Below, in pieces: positions 29,049 to 38,729 of a stretch of DNA of 64,000 nt; positions within the stretch are counted from its first letter, which is position 1; each line of letters starts with the position of its first letter. The position numbers and the translations under genes are program-made. Under the pieces are notes generated by a model that was not told where the DNA came from, did no database searches, and saw only the letters and a program-made list of their open reading frames with translations. Location: NCBI GenBank assembly GCA_045641305.1, contig JAZUGS010000013.1, positions 421-64,420 of the forward strand, in the 5' to 3' direction. Origin of the DNA: Candidatus Nanosyncoccus sp. (GTDB taxonomy: Bacteria; Patescibacteriota; Saccharimonadia; Saccharimonadales; Saccharimonadaceae).

Positions 29049-29815
29049 GATTTGACTCGTTTAGCAATTTCGATTATATCAGCAAATTCCCCTAATATCA
29101 AGCTGGAACTACCAGCAAGCAGGCCGTTAACCCCTGGGACGGTGAGGTAGGCGCCAGCATTTGATGGATTGACGGAGCCACCGTACAAAATAGGAATAGA
29201 TTCGGATAGCTTTTTAGTGTATGTTTCTTTTATGGTTTCGCGAATTAAATTGACAATCTCTGAAACTTCATCAGGGGTGGCAAGCTTAGCCGTACGAGTA
29301 GTAGAAATTGCCCAAACAGGCTCATAGGCAATAATAACCTTGTCTAAATCCTCCTCAGAGACATCTGCAAGACCGCCAAGGAGCTGGTCGCGAATGACGT
29401 CTGCTGTTTCGCCAAAAGCACGTTCGGACTCAGTTTCACCAATACAGAGGATAGGAGTAATTTTATTACGAATGGCAGCCGCTACTTTATCCCTAAGGGA
29501 TTTGTCGGTTTCATGAAAAACATGGCGGCGTTCGGATTGGCCGATAATACAATAATCAACAATTCCCCGTAGTTGCGAAAAAGACGTTTCGCCGGTATAG
29601 GCACCATAATCGCGAGGAAAAGCGTTTTGTGCGGCAAGCTTCATCTTGTGACGGTCGATTTGCAGAGATAGAGGTTGCAGAGCGACCGTTGAAGGCGCAA
29701 CAACGACTTCGATATCACGATGCCCCGGAATAGTTTTCAAGAGTTTATGAAGATAGATAGAAGCTTCACCAACGGTGAAATTAAGCTTCCAGTTGCCCAC
29801 GATATAAGTTTTCAT
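29045..29815 (-). CDS. tpiA: Triosephosphate isomerase
   Basis: VGNWKLN, AYEPVWAI and ILYGGSV motifs. The usual catalytic-His motif reads IGQSERR here. Confidence 0.93.
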   Translation of the reverse strand: MKTYIVGNWKLNFTVGEASIYLHKLLKTIPGHRDIEVVVAPSTVALQPLSLQIDRHKMKLAAQNAFPRDYGAYTGETSFSQLRGIVDYCIIGQSERRHVFHETDKSLRDKVAAAIRNKITPILCIGETESERAFGETADVIRDQLLGGLADVSEEDLDKVIIAYEPVWAISTTRTAKLATPDEVSEIVNLIRETIKETYTKKLSESIPILYGGSVNPSNAGAYLTVPGVNGLLAGSSSLILGEFADIIEIAKRVKS

Positions 29816-29822
29816 ATTTTAA

Positions 29823-30587
29823 TTATAGCACGCCGAGAATTCCGCGCAAGGCATAAGCGGTATCTTCGTGATTGCGAACTGTAATTGTATCGATGCCCAT
29901 CTGGACAACAGGGTAATCGTTGCCGCCAGGCTGAGTCATGTCGCCAAAATAAAGGATATCGGATTTTTCAACTTTTAGTTCTTCCAAGAGATGCGTCATA
30001 CCGAAAACTTTGTTCATGCCAGGAGTGATGGCGTTTATAGAGGTAGTGCCACCAATTTCATACTCAAATTCTGGGGCAAGCTCTTTGCAACGTGCAACGA
30101 TTTTTTCGCGTTTTTTGCAATCTGGATCCCAGGCATATTTGGCCTCGGTGCCAGCTTTTTGGCCAAGAGCTGAGAAAGTGACCTGAGAAAGACGGTTTTC
30201 GATGATTTCATCGCCATCAGCAAGCTTATCCTCTTCCCAAAAGCCCAGTTCCTTGGCGGCCTGTTCAATAGTAGCAGTAATCTTAGCAACTTGCTCATCT
30301 GTTAGCGGATAGTTATAGACCTGTTCCCAATCGTTTTTCTCGGCGCTAAAACGGTAGTATTGCGTTCCCTGGGCCACAAAAAGGTGTAGGTGGCTTAAGA
30401 GGGCTGGAGTAGGGTGTGGGAGCCGGTTGACAATTTGAATAAGGAATTGGTCGAATTTTTGGCCCGAAATAGGGCAAATTTCGAATTTTTCGAGACATTT
30501 CTCGAGCAGTTCAGCAATGTCGTCGGTAATAGGGGTTTTGGCGACATTAAGAGTTTGGTCAATATCGAATGCTAAAACTTTTTTCAT
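29823..30587 (-). CDS. HAD-IIB hydrolase, phosphomannomutase-like
   Basis: FDIDQTL, GGTTSI and YFGDMTQPGGNDYP motifs. Confidence 0.85.
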   Translation of the reverse strand: MKKVLAFDIDQTLNVAKTPITDDIAELLEKCLEKFEICPISGQKFDQFLIQIVNRLPHPTPALLSHLHLFVAQGTQYYRFSAEKNDWEQVYNYPLTDEQVAKITATIEQAAKELGFWEEDKLADGDEIIENRLSQVTFSALGQKAGTEAKYAWDPDCKKREKIVARCKELAPEFEYEIGGTTSINAITPGMNKVFGMTHLLEELKVEKSDILYFGDMTQPGGNDYPVVQMGIDTITVRNHEDTAYALRGILGVL

Positions 30588-30601
30588 GATATAATGATAT
30601 C

Positions 30602-31372
30602 ATGAAAATCTTGGTTGTGGGCAATATCCTGAAAGATGTGTATCTAAATTTGGATTCTCGGACAGAGAATTTTGAGACCGACAGGGATGGCGTGCAGTGG
30701 TTGAATCTCGGTTTTGATAACAGTGAACATCATTTTTTCCGAAGAAATAGCTGCTTGGGCGGTGCAACAATTACTCTCGAAGTGCTACAAAAAATGGGAC
30801 TCTCGGCAACTATTTCGGGAAATAAGGTAGATTTTACAGAAGATGGGGTGGAATATGCTGGAGTAGCAGATAGCTATCGGTATATTTTGGTGGCGAATGA
30901 ACAAATTAGCTATTTAACATCAACTGGGCGACGAACAAGCATTTTTGAGGCTCCTACAGAGGCTGTGGATTATATTTTCGTGGATCGGTCGGCAGAGCTA
31001 GACGAACAAGTTGCGCGACGAATCATGGCGTATCTTGACATTTCGCCAGCAACACGATTAATTTTGCATGCTAGAAAGACTTCTAGAGGAGATTTTGAAA
31101 AAGAATTGATACGGCGGTCGGCAATCGTATTGGCGGAACGAAGACTTGATGGCGCCGAGGCTGGACGAGTGATTTATTTGGACGGTTTTCAAAATGAACG
31201 CGAAAATCTATTAACACATTTGTCGGTGTTTTCGATTGCCGCGGCCACGATACTCGGTGGAATTTTGGCTGGCAAAGATGAGGAGATGAGCATAAAAATG
31301 GCGAAAATAAACATCGAGGGGTCGAGCCTCGACGCAACTTTAAGTCTTGATTCAATTATGCAGCGTGTTTGA
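30602..31372 (+). CDS. PfkB/ribokinase-like protein (degenerate)
   Basis: ILVVGNILKDVY...GGATITLEVLQKMGL resembles the PfkB N-terminus; the C-terminal motif is not canonical. Confidence 0.45.
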   Translation: MKILVVGNILKDVYLNLDSRTENFETDRDGVQWLNLGFDNSEHHFFRRNSCLGGATITLEVLQKMGLSATISGNKVDFTEDGVEYAGVADSYRYILVANEQISYLTSTGRRTSIFEAPTEAVDYIFVDRSAELDEQVARRIMAYLDISPATRLILHARKTSRGDFEKELIRRSAIVLAERRLDGAEAGRVIYLDGFQNERENLLTHLSVFSIAAATILGGILAGKDEEMSIKMAKINIEGSSLDATLSLDSIMQRV

Positions 31373-31778
31373 CGCGCACCATTGCTGGACGTAAAACTTC
31401 TTTTTCGTAATAATAGCCTGGGCGGAGAGTTTCGGCGATTACTTCCCTGTCTCCTTCGCCGTCATCCATTGAAATGGCATCGTGAAAATCAGGATTAAAA
31501 TCGGCACCTTCGGAAGAGTCAATTTTTTCAAGGCTTAGCTCTTGCATGGCTTTTTCTAGGGATTTTTCTAGAGGGGCAAGTTCTGGGTAGGTAGCAATAG
31601 CGCGGTCGATATCGTCAAGCAACGGGAGAAGCTTATAGACGGTAGCAAGCTTGGCGGCATTTTTTTCGTTAGCTTTTTGAACGTCAACTTGTTTGCGGAA
31701 ATTTTCAAAATCAGCACGCGTACGCTGAAGATCGGCAGTAAGTTCGGCTATTTTATCTGGGGCTGGGGTTTTTGGCAT
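31356..31778 (-). CDS. grpE: Nucleotide exchange factor GrpE
   Basis: LQRTRADFENFRK, FNPDFHDAI and LRPAMVRV motifs. Confidence 0.95.
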   Translation of the reverse strand: MPKTPAPDKIAELTADLQRTRADFENFRKQVDVQKANEKNAAKLATVYKLLPLLDDIDRAIATYPELAPLEKSLEKAMQELSLEKIDSSEGADFNPDFHDAISMDDGEGDREVIAETLRPGYYYEKEVLRPAMVRVKHAA

Positions 31779-31790
31779 TTTTTCTCCTTT

Positions 31791-32507
31791 TTATAATAAA
31801 TTTTCTAGCATACTACCAGCATGACGCACGAGAGACATGACACGAGAATAATTTTGACGGGTTGGACCCAAGACTCCGATATAACTATTATCGGAGTACT
31901 GGGAACGGAATTTGGAGATAATAAGTGAGACTTCAGAATTTTTGCCAATTGGGTTCTCGTGGCCAATAAAAATATTGAGAGCTTCGCCTGGGGCAGCTTC
32001 ACGAAGCCAAGGCTCAAGATTATCAAGGAGCTTGGCGACTGCTTGAACGCGCGAAGTATCTAAAAATTCAGGCTGCGTAAAAAGGCGAGAGATACCAGCA
32101 AGGTAGAGTTGGTCGCCGATAGTAGCGAGGCCAAGATTGCCGGTAAGCTCGACAAGAGAGTCGACGGCGCCACGAATGGCAGCATCAATGCGAGATTGTG
32201 AGCTAACGCGAACTTCGAGAGCGTGCGCGCTGCGACTTAGTGGCTTTTCTTCATCTAGCATAGGGTCGGTATCCTCAAGGCTATTTACATAATAGCGGTA
32301 GCCAGCATCGGTAGGTACACGACCAGCTGAAGTGTGGGGCTGAGCAATAAGACCAAATCCCTCAAGACGAGCCATTTCGGCACGGATAGTGGCGGGGGAT
32401 ACATCAAAAAGCTTGGCTAAAGTAACGCTACCAACAGGGGAAGCGGTCTCGGCATATTCCTCAATAACAGCATAAAGAATATCTTTTTGACGCTCAGTTA
32501 ATTCCAT
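31791..32507 (-). CDS. hrcA: Heat-inducible transcription repressor HrcA
   Basis: [39 protein letters not shown] and [10 protein letters not shown] motifs. Confidence 0.95.
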   Translation of the reverse strand: MELTERQKDILYAVIEEYAETASPVGSVTLAKLFDVSPATIRAEMARLEGFGLIAQPHTSAGRVPTDAGYRYYVNSLEDTDPMLDEEKPLSRSAHALEVRVSSQSRIDAAIRGAVDSLVELTGNLGLATIGDQLYLAGISRLFTQPEFLDTSRVQAVAKLLDNLEPWLREAAPGEALNIFIGHENPIGKNSEVSLIISKFRSQYSDNSYIGVLGPTRQNYSRVMSLVRHAGSMLENLL

Positions 32508-32524
32508 AAGAGTATTATACAAAA

Positions 32525-32551
32525 TTAGCAGAGTATAGTCAAGAGTGCTAA
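32525..32551 (-). promoter_or_regulatory. Imperfect CIRCE operator overlapping the hrcA -35 box
   Basis: TTAGCACTC-N9-CTCTGCTAA versus consensus TTAGCACTC-N9-GAGTGCTAA. It overlaps TTGACT-N17-TATAAT-N6-ATG. Confidence 0.8.
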
Positions 32552-32670
32552 TTTCCAACTTTGATTACGATTTTGCTTGTAATCCCCTGATATATAGAGT
32601 ATAATTATCCTACGCTTGGCCGCTAAGAAGGGGTGTCAAGTGAATCGCACTTTTTATAGGAGGTTGTAGT

Positions 32671-32919
32671 ATGAGTTACAAATGTTACGAGGTTGGTCGC
32701 GAGCCGAGAGAGAACCATAAGGGACAACAGAAAGCTGTGCTTTATTGGATTCATGACGGAATCAAGGAGAAGGTGAATGTATGGAAGCCGGGTTACGAAG
32801 ACCCGAAGGTGCCCCTTGCTGGCATTCCCGACATTTCGCCGCAAATATGGAAGGAGTTTGAGCAGACGAAAGAAGATATCCGCATCGAAGAAGAAGCCCT
32901 TGGCCTCAACGACTGGTGA
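32671..32919 (+). CDS. Hypothetical 82-aa protein
   Basis: AGGAGG SD and a downstream terminator at about 32955-32990. Confidence 0.6.
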   Translation: MSYKCYEVGREPRENHKGQQKAVLYWIHDGIKEKVNVWKPGYEDPKVPLAGIPDISPQIWKEFEQTKEDIRIEEEALGLNDW

Positions 32920-33018
32920 TCCACCTGTCATTTTAAACTTTATACCCACTTCATTTCCCTGCGCCCTTTACGGCGCGGGGATATTTTTTTATGCGAAATA
33001 TGATATGATAAAGATACT

Positions 33019-33630
33019 ATGGAAGAGAAAATTGCAAAAATCCGAGAGTGGCTCGGAACGGGGTCGATAAATATTTTTGGCCTGCCAATGTCTGGAAAAG
33101 ACACTCAGGGAGTGCGGCTGGCAGAAGCCCTAGGAGCAAAATTTTTATCGTCTGGAATGATTATTCGGGCGATGGAGGCAGAAACTCATCAAGGTTTGAC
33201 CAAAAATGGCGAATTAATCCCAACCAATATATTTTATGACTGGGTGTTACCATATTTTGAACGTAGGGATTTGTTTGATTATCCGTTGATTTTGTCATCG
33301 ATTGGGCGTTGGCATGGCGAGGAAACTCAGGTAATGAGCGTGGCTGCGGGAGCCGGACACGACATTAAGGCTGTCGTCGTGCTAAATGTGTCCGAGGCGG
33401 ATGTACTTAATCGCTTTAATGAAGCTAAGGTTCTAGGAGACCGTGGAGAGAGGGCGGACGATAAAGATGAAACAACATTTAGGACTCGGCTTACAGAATT
33501 TCGCGAAAAAACTTTGCCAGTTTTACAGCATTACCGTGAGCTTGGGCTGCTAATTGAGGTTAATGGCGACCAGAGCCGGGACGAGGTTTACGCGGAACTC
33601 GTCGAAAAACTTTATCAAAAAGCCGTTTAA
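33019..33630 (+). CDS. adk: Adenylate kinase family protein
   Basis: GLPMSGKDTQ, LSSGMIIR and RADD...FRTRL...TLPVLQHY motifs. Confidence 0.85.
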   Translation: MEEKIAKIREWLGTGSINIFGLPMSGKDTQGVRLAEALGAKFLSSGMIIRAMEAETHQGLTKNGELIPTNIFYDWVLPYFERRDLFDYPLILSSIGRWHGEETQVMSVAAGAGHDIKAVVVLNVSEADVLNRFNEAKVLGDRGERADDKDETTFRTRLTEFREKTLPVLQHYRELGLLIEVNGDQSRDEVYAELVEKLYQKAV

Positions 33631-34909
33631 TTTCGTGACGAAATTCATAAATAATATAAACTAAGCCGGCGGTGGCGACAATAATGACAGCGATAAGTGC
33701 GGCAAAAGACGATTTGCCGTCTTCGGTAGTGGCAAGAGAATATTCGGCGCCATCATTATCTTTAATTTTCTTGCAGCGGTTAGTTTCGGGGTTGAGATAA
33801 TATCCCTCGTCACAGACTTTTTCTTCGGCAATTTCGTATTTTTTGCAGCGATTAGTGAGAGGGTTAAGATATTTCCCCTCTTCGCAGACTTTATCAGCTT
33901 CATCAGCAATTTTAACGCAATTTCCCGTATCGGTATTGATGACTTTCCCAGCCTCACAGGTACGGTATTCTTGATAGATATTTGGCTCGCCTGGAGTGGG
34001 ATGGTAAGTAGTGCGCCAAAGTTCTTCCCCACTATTATCGTAACCAACCATAGCGTAAGAAGTGGCTTTCTTTTGGCCGTTTGGGTAAGTAAGGGTATCG
34101 GCCGTGGAACTATCAGCGTCAATTAGTTCGATAGTATTGGAAGTGGTGGGATTTTTAGTAAGTGAAAAATCATCGAGTAAGCGCAGAAAATAACCGTCAG
34201 GTGAAACAGTGCCAGATAACGGATAGAGTTTATTCTTATATTTAATTTGGCAGTGATTAAGTATAATTGGATCAGCGGTTGGATTGTAAAATTCGATAAA
34301 TTGTTCAGACTTGGCCGTCTCATAATAGCTTAGAATTTCAGAGAAACGGAGATTATGGCATTCACGCGGAAGAGTTTCATCGTTCGTCACTTCGACGTAA
34401 TAACTTGGGTGAGTAGCATCAAAAGACGGTAAGTAAGCGGATTGATGAGAAAAGTCAAAAGAATCAAGATCGCGCACGAGTGTAGTAGGATTAGCAGCAG
34501 AAAAAGCGGGGAAACAATCATTCCTGCCTGTCCAACAAACACTATCAATAATTTTGTCGTTTAGATTTAGGGTAAGTGGGCCAGCAGAGAGAGCGAGGGT
34601 CTTGGAATAGTTGAGGTCGGCTTGAGGAGCTTTGGGCGAGCTAGCAAGGCGAAGCAAAATGGTGTCGCCGGTCATCCATGAATTGTCGGGGAACTCGTAG
34701 AGGACGACCGAGTTGCCACTAGAATTCGTATAGCCAATAGATAGGCCGGCGAGCGATAACGGGGTGTCGGAGGAGGCTTCGGAATTTTCGGGGGTTTCGG
34801 GAACGCGGGCAAGTTCGATAAATTCTCCGACGTTTGAACGACCATCAATGGTATAGCCTGGGTTGATGGCTTTTATAAAAATGGCAAATGATAGTAATAT
34901 ATTTTCCAT
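33560..34909 (-). CDS. Secreted protein with lamin-tail-like domains, Cys-rich repeats and a C-terminal TM
   Basis: FSEIL...EQFIEFYNPT; three C-x-EG-x-NP-xT-NRC-K repeats. Confidence 0.65.
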   Translation of the reverse strand: MENILLSFAIFIKAINPGYTIDGRSNVGEFIELARVPETPENSEASSDTPLSLAGLSIGYTNSSGNSVVLYEFPDNSWMTGDTILLRLASSPKAPQADLNYSKTLALSAGPLTLNLNDKIIDSVCWTGRNDCFPAFSAANPTTLVRDLDSFDFSHQSAYLPSFDATHPSYYVEVTNDETLPRECHNLRFSEILSYYETAKSEQFIEFYNPTADPIILNHCQIKYKNKLYPLSGTVSPDGYFLRLLDDFSLTKNPTTSNTIELIDADSSTADTLTYPNGQKKATSYAMVGYDNSGEELWRTTYHPTPGEPNIYQEYRTCEAGKVINTDTGNCVKIADEADKVCEEGKYLNPLTNRCKKYEIAEEKVCDEGYYLNPETNRCKKIKDNDGAEYSLATTEDGKSSFAALIAVIIVATAGLVYIIYEFRHEIKRLFDKVFRRVPRKPRPGSGRH

Positions 34910-34969
34910 GAGACGAAAGCTAACAGAAATTATCTAGGATTGCAACCCCACATATGGTATAATATAAGC

Positions 34970-35617
34970 ATGGGCGTTTTGGTATCTTTGGGAATTGTTA
35001 TATTGGCTATGCTTGTTCAGGCTTTTTTGCAGTTAACGCCTGGGCTTTATATGCTTTTTCGCCATCAAGCTAATGGCAAATGGCGTGGTTATTTTGCTTT
35101 GGGTGCGGCCACGACAATCGCCGTTCTTCTAATGATAGTTAACTATGTGGTGTTTGATAGCGTAACTTTAAGATGGATAATGGTGGGCGTCTTGGTAGCA
35201 TATGGTGCTTTTTGCTTTTTCTCTTACTATCGCAAAGGCGAAGGGACAGAGTTGATTCTTCCACGAAAAGTGGCGAAAACTTTAACAATTCGAGCAAAGC
35301 GTGCTAAGAGTGGTTCTGACGCTTTTATTCTGGGTGCAATGGGGGAATTTGCAGAGTCTATCTTTATAGTGCCGCTCATGATAACGACCGTACTTGGAGC
35401 AAACGGCATAGATGATGCGCGTCTATGGGTGCTTTTGTTTTATGTAGTGGCAGCAGTCATGCCATTGCTTGCTATGGAGATTTATTATCAATGTGGTAAA
35501 AATCTGTCGGAAATCCAAAAAATTAGAGTAAAAAATAAGAATTTTTATCGTATTATGATTAGTGTTTGTTGTTTAGTGATGGCGATATTGGTGGCTAATG
35601 TCGGGGTATTGCAATGA
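34970..35617 (+). CDS. Hypothetical multi-TM protein
   Basis: About 6 hydrophobic helices; TGgTATAAT-N6-ATG start. Confidence 0.7.
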   Translation: MGVLVSLGIVILAMLVQAFLQLTPGLYMLFRHQANGKWRGYFALGAATTIAVLLMIVNYVVFDSVTLRWIMVGVLVAYGAFCFFSYYRKGEGTELILPRKVAKTLTIRAKRAKSGSDAFILGAMGEFAESIFIVPLMITTVLGANGIDDARLWVLLFYVVAAVMPLLAMEIYYQCGKNLSEIQKIRVKNKNFYRIMISVCCLVMAILVANVGVLQ

Positions 35618-35856
35618 TAGACAAAAAGCTAGAGTCTGAAATTGTCTGCGATTTAAAAACCGATGCAAAGGCATTAGGCATTCCGAGTGGTGCGGCAGAA
35701 ATTTTTATTGAAAAATCACTCTCGGCAGCGAAGAAAACAATTAAAACAAAGAAAATCATCACAATGGATGATTTGGAAAGGGCGATTTATAAAGAGCTAA
35801 AAAAATACAATACTGATTTAGCTTATGTTTTTCAAAATCGTGATAAAATAATATAA
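35614..35856 (+). CDS. Hypothetical 80-aa protein
   Basis: ATGA overlap with the upstream gene. Confidence 0.6.
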   Translation: MIDKKLESEIVCDLKTDAKALGIPSGAAEIFIEKSLSAAKKTIKTKKIITMDDLERAIYKELKKYNTDLAYVFQNRDKII

Positions 35857-35857
35857 A

Positions 35858-37234
35858 ATGGGCAAGAAGTTTGACTTTGAATTTATTGTAATCGGTAGCG
35901 GACCAGCTGGTAGTGCTGCGGCGCTTGATTTGGCACGCGCCAAAAAACGTGTAGCAATTGTAGAAGCTAACAGGTTTGGCGGAAGCAATCTAAACACGCG
36001 CGACGTGCCGGAACGGGCTGGAATGTATTTTTCACATTTGTATGCCAATTTGCGTGATAGTGCAAAATTTGGGCTTACTGCAATGAATTTAAATTTTAAT
36101 TATCCAACTCTTGCAAGCTGGAAAGAGCATGTGATATCGGAGGCTGGCGGGGATAGGCGTAGGATATACGAAGAATCTGGAGTAACTTGCATTCGTGGAT
36201 ACGCCAACTTCTTGGATGGACACACCATAGCTGTAGGAGACAGAAAATATACCGCTAGCAAGTTTATTTTGGCGACTGGATCCGAATTGACTACTGGTGG
36301 AATTTCGGGGGTTGAAAATGTTGGTTTCTTAACGCCAGAAACCGCCACTACACTCCGACGAGCTCCACGCGCCGTGGTTGTTGTGGGTGGTGGTGCGGCA
36401 GGTTGCGAAATTGCAGAACATTACGCTGAACTCGGCGCTAAAGTTCTGATCATGGAAATGTCTGGACGATTATTACCTCGTGAAGATAAAGAAGTAGGGG
36501 AAACTCTAGCAAACTATTTCACTAATAAACTCGGGATGATGGTTTTAACTGGTTCGCGAGTAGTAGCCTTAGAACAAGACGACCAGGGTAAAAAGGTAAT
36601 TTTCGTAAACAACGGGAACGAAAAAATGGTGCGCGTAGAAACAGTAGTGCTAGCTACTGGATATCAACCGGCATTAGATTACGGATTGCAGAATGCGGGA
36701 GTAAAATACCGCAAGATAGGAATTTTAGTAGATAAGACATTACAAACGACAGCTAAAAATATTTGGGCGGTAGGCGACGCGATTGGTGGAGAATCTTCAA
36801 CCGAGCGCGCAAATTATCAAGGTTCATTTCTCGCGAATAGTTTGCTTAGTAGGTCTAAGACCTTGTTGAATTATAGTGGTTTTATGCGAATAGTAAAAAC
36901 CTTTCCAGAGATCGCCGTAGTGGGGATGAATGAAGATGATCTTATAAGGAGAGATCGCAAATATAATAAAGTCATAGTGCCTTTATCCGACGTAACGGCT
37001 AGTAAGATTGCTGATTTTAGTGATGGCTTTGTGAAGTTAATTACTGATAAGAGCGGGAAAATAGTTGGGGCGACCATCATGGCTCCCGAAGCAGAATTGA
37101 TGGCTGGCGAAATTGCAGTAGCAGTAAGGCATCGTTTATCCGCGCTAGAGATTGCCAGTACTCCGCATGCAGTAAATAGTTTTGCGATGGCAGTGAAGTT
37201 GGCGGCTAAGCGATTAGTAAAAAATCAGCGCTAG
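35858..37234 (+). CDS. Dihydrolipoamide dehydrogenase-like flavoprotein lacking the redox cysteines
   Basis: IVIGSGPAG, ILATGS, VVVGGGAAGCE, NIWAVGD; the CxxxxC position reads GGSNLNTRDVP. Confidence 0.85.
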   Translation: MGKKFDFEFIVIGSGPAGSAAALDLARAKKRVAIVEANRFGGSNLNTRDVPERAGMYFSHLYANLRDSAKFGLTAMNLNFNYPTLASWKEHVISEAGGDRRRIYEESGVTCIRGYANFLDGHTIAVGDRKYTASKFILATGSELTTGGISGVENVGFLTPETATTLRRAPRAVVVVGGGAAGCEIAEHYAELGAKVLIMEMSGRLLPREDKEVGETLANYFTNKLGMMVLTGSRVVALEQDDQGKKVIFVNNGNEKMVRVETVVLATGYQPALDYGLQNAGVKYRKIGILVDKTLQTTAKNIWAVGDAIGGESSTERANYQGSFLANSLLSRSKTLLNYSGFMRIVKTFPEIAVVGMNEDDLIRRDRKYNKVIVPLSDVTASKIADFSDGFVKLITDKSGKIVGATIMAPEAELMAGEIAVAVRHRLSALEIASTPHAVNSFAMAVKLAAKRLVKNQR

Positions 37235-37275
37235 TTGGGGGGGCAACATAGCGCTGATTTTTTTCCTGAATATTT

Positions 37276-37352
37276 TGGTTGCGGGGGTTGGATTTGAACC
37301 AACGACCTTTTGGTTATGAGCCAAACGAGCTACCAGGCTGCTCTACCCCGCG
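37276..37352 (-). tRNA. Initiator tRNA-fMet(CAT)
   Basis: CGCGGGG acceptor stem with C1:A72 mismatch; D and T arms match the bacterial initiator tRNA. Confidence 0.92.
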
Positions 37353-37412
37353 GCGTACAACCGTGGCATAGTATTATTATAGCGCAGTCTGGTAGATTTT
37401 GCAACCCCTAGC

Positions 37413-38726
37413 CTAAAAATCGTATTCGGAAGTGGTATAGAAATCTTTTTGGAGATTTGCGCTACCATCATTGCCGAGTAATTGAAGAGCATAGTCTGGA
37501 TATGAGAAATACGAATTGGAGTTGTCTAGACGGACTTCGACACGACGGAAGAGGTCGTTGGCGCGTCCGGTGGAGTCGATGAGGACTTGAGAACTGATTT
37601 GAATTTTGTCGTTGTTGCCGCTGGCATTTTCGAGGTCGGTATATTCAGAGTAGGCTTTTTTACTACAGACACTTTCGGTACAAAGTTCGATAGCAAAATC
37701 GGTGTCTGGAACGCCGTAAGGCAAGGAGACGATAAACATTAGAGTATCGGGATTACGCGTATCGCCAATAGGGCGCGGAATAGAAATAGAAGCGGAGCAG
37801 GCAAACTCGGCACTAGAATTCTCTGGACAATAAATAGTGTATGGAACGTTGATAGCGGTTTTATCGTTGGCTTTGACGAAGGCATTGGATCTAATAACAT
37901 TGTCGTTCTTGGTGGAATCCCAGGTGGCAAGATGATTAGAAATATCTGTAGAGGAAGTTTCCGTTGATTTAGTAGGGACGAGATAAATCGTGCCGCGATC
38001 GGTTTGGTTACCTTTGGACATAGTGAGGTCGTCTAATGTAAATGAAGAATTGGTCTGGAAGAGTTGAAGTGAGAGCGTAGGAGGAACAGAAGCACTAGTA
38101 ACATCAAGCGCAGGAAAAGTTACTTTATTACCATTAACGTTGCCATAATTATAGACGGTGCCGTCGTTTTTGTTTGAATACCAACTGAGGCGGATGGCAT
38201 TGAGGCTATTGGCCTCGTCCTCGGTGAGACTAATGTTGATGGCGCGCGACGAAGTGGACTGCGTGAGGCTGGAACGATAGTCGTTGAGTTTGTTTTGAAT
38301 TTTGACACAAGTGTAAGCCTGCTGGAGGTTGTTCCCTGTGCCAGCAGTGGTGGTTTCCTCGACTAAAACTTCTTGGCTATCAGATTTGCGAATACGACCG
38401 AGGATATGACCGACCATGTCGCAATCTGGATGATTCATGTACCAAATGATTTCTCCACAGGTGAGAGTATCATTGGTAGTATTAGGTGTCGTTTCTTCGT
38501 AACCTTGATTGATACAACTTTGATAGTTGAGTAATGCGGCCTTCGCGTCCTCGATGCCAGCGAGTGCGGAATCGTAAGCAGAGGCGGAAAGATCGCTATT
38601 GGACGTGCGGACAATTTCGGAAATAATTACAGTAACAAAGCTGAGCGCGATAATGCTTAGAAGAAGTGTCGAGAAGGCAACGATATAAAATGCGGCAGCG
38701 CCAGATTTGGTACGAACTTGTTTCAT
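37413..38726 (-). CDS. PilX/PilK-like minor pilin
   Basis: KSGAAAFYIVAFSTLLL...SAYDSALAGIEDA; last gene of the pilin cluster. Confidence 0.75.
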   Translation of the reverse strand: MKQVRTKSGAAAFYIVAFSTLLLSIIALSFVTVIISEIVRTSNSDLSASAYDSALAGIEDAKAALLNYQSCINQGYEETTPNTTNDTLTCGEIIWYMNHPDCDMVGHILGRIRKSDSQEVLVEETTTAGTGNNLQQAYTCVKIQNKLNDYRSSLTQSTSSRAINISLTEDEANSLNAIRLSWYSNKNDGTVYNYGNVNGNKVTFPALDVTSASVPPTLSLQLFQTNSSFTLDDLTMSKGNQTDRGTIYLVPTKSTETSSTDISNHLATWDSTKNDNVIRSNAFVKANDKTAINVPYTIYCPENSSAEFACSASISIPRPIGDTRNPDTLMFIVSLPYGVPDTDFAIELCTESVCSKKAYSEYTDLENASGNNDKIQISSQVLIDSTGRANDLFRRVEVRLDNSNSYFSYPDYALQLLGNDGSANLQKDFYTTSEYDF

Positions 38727-38729
38727 GTT

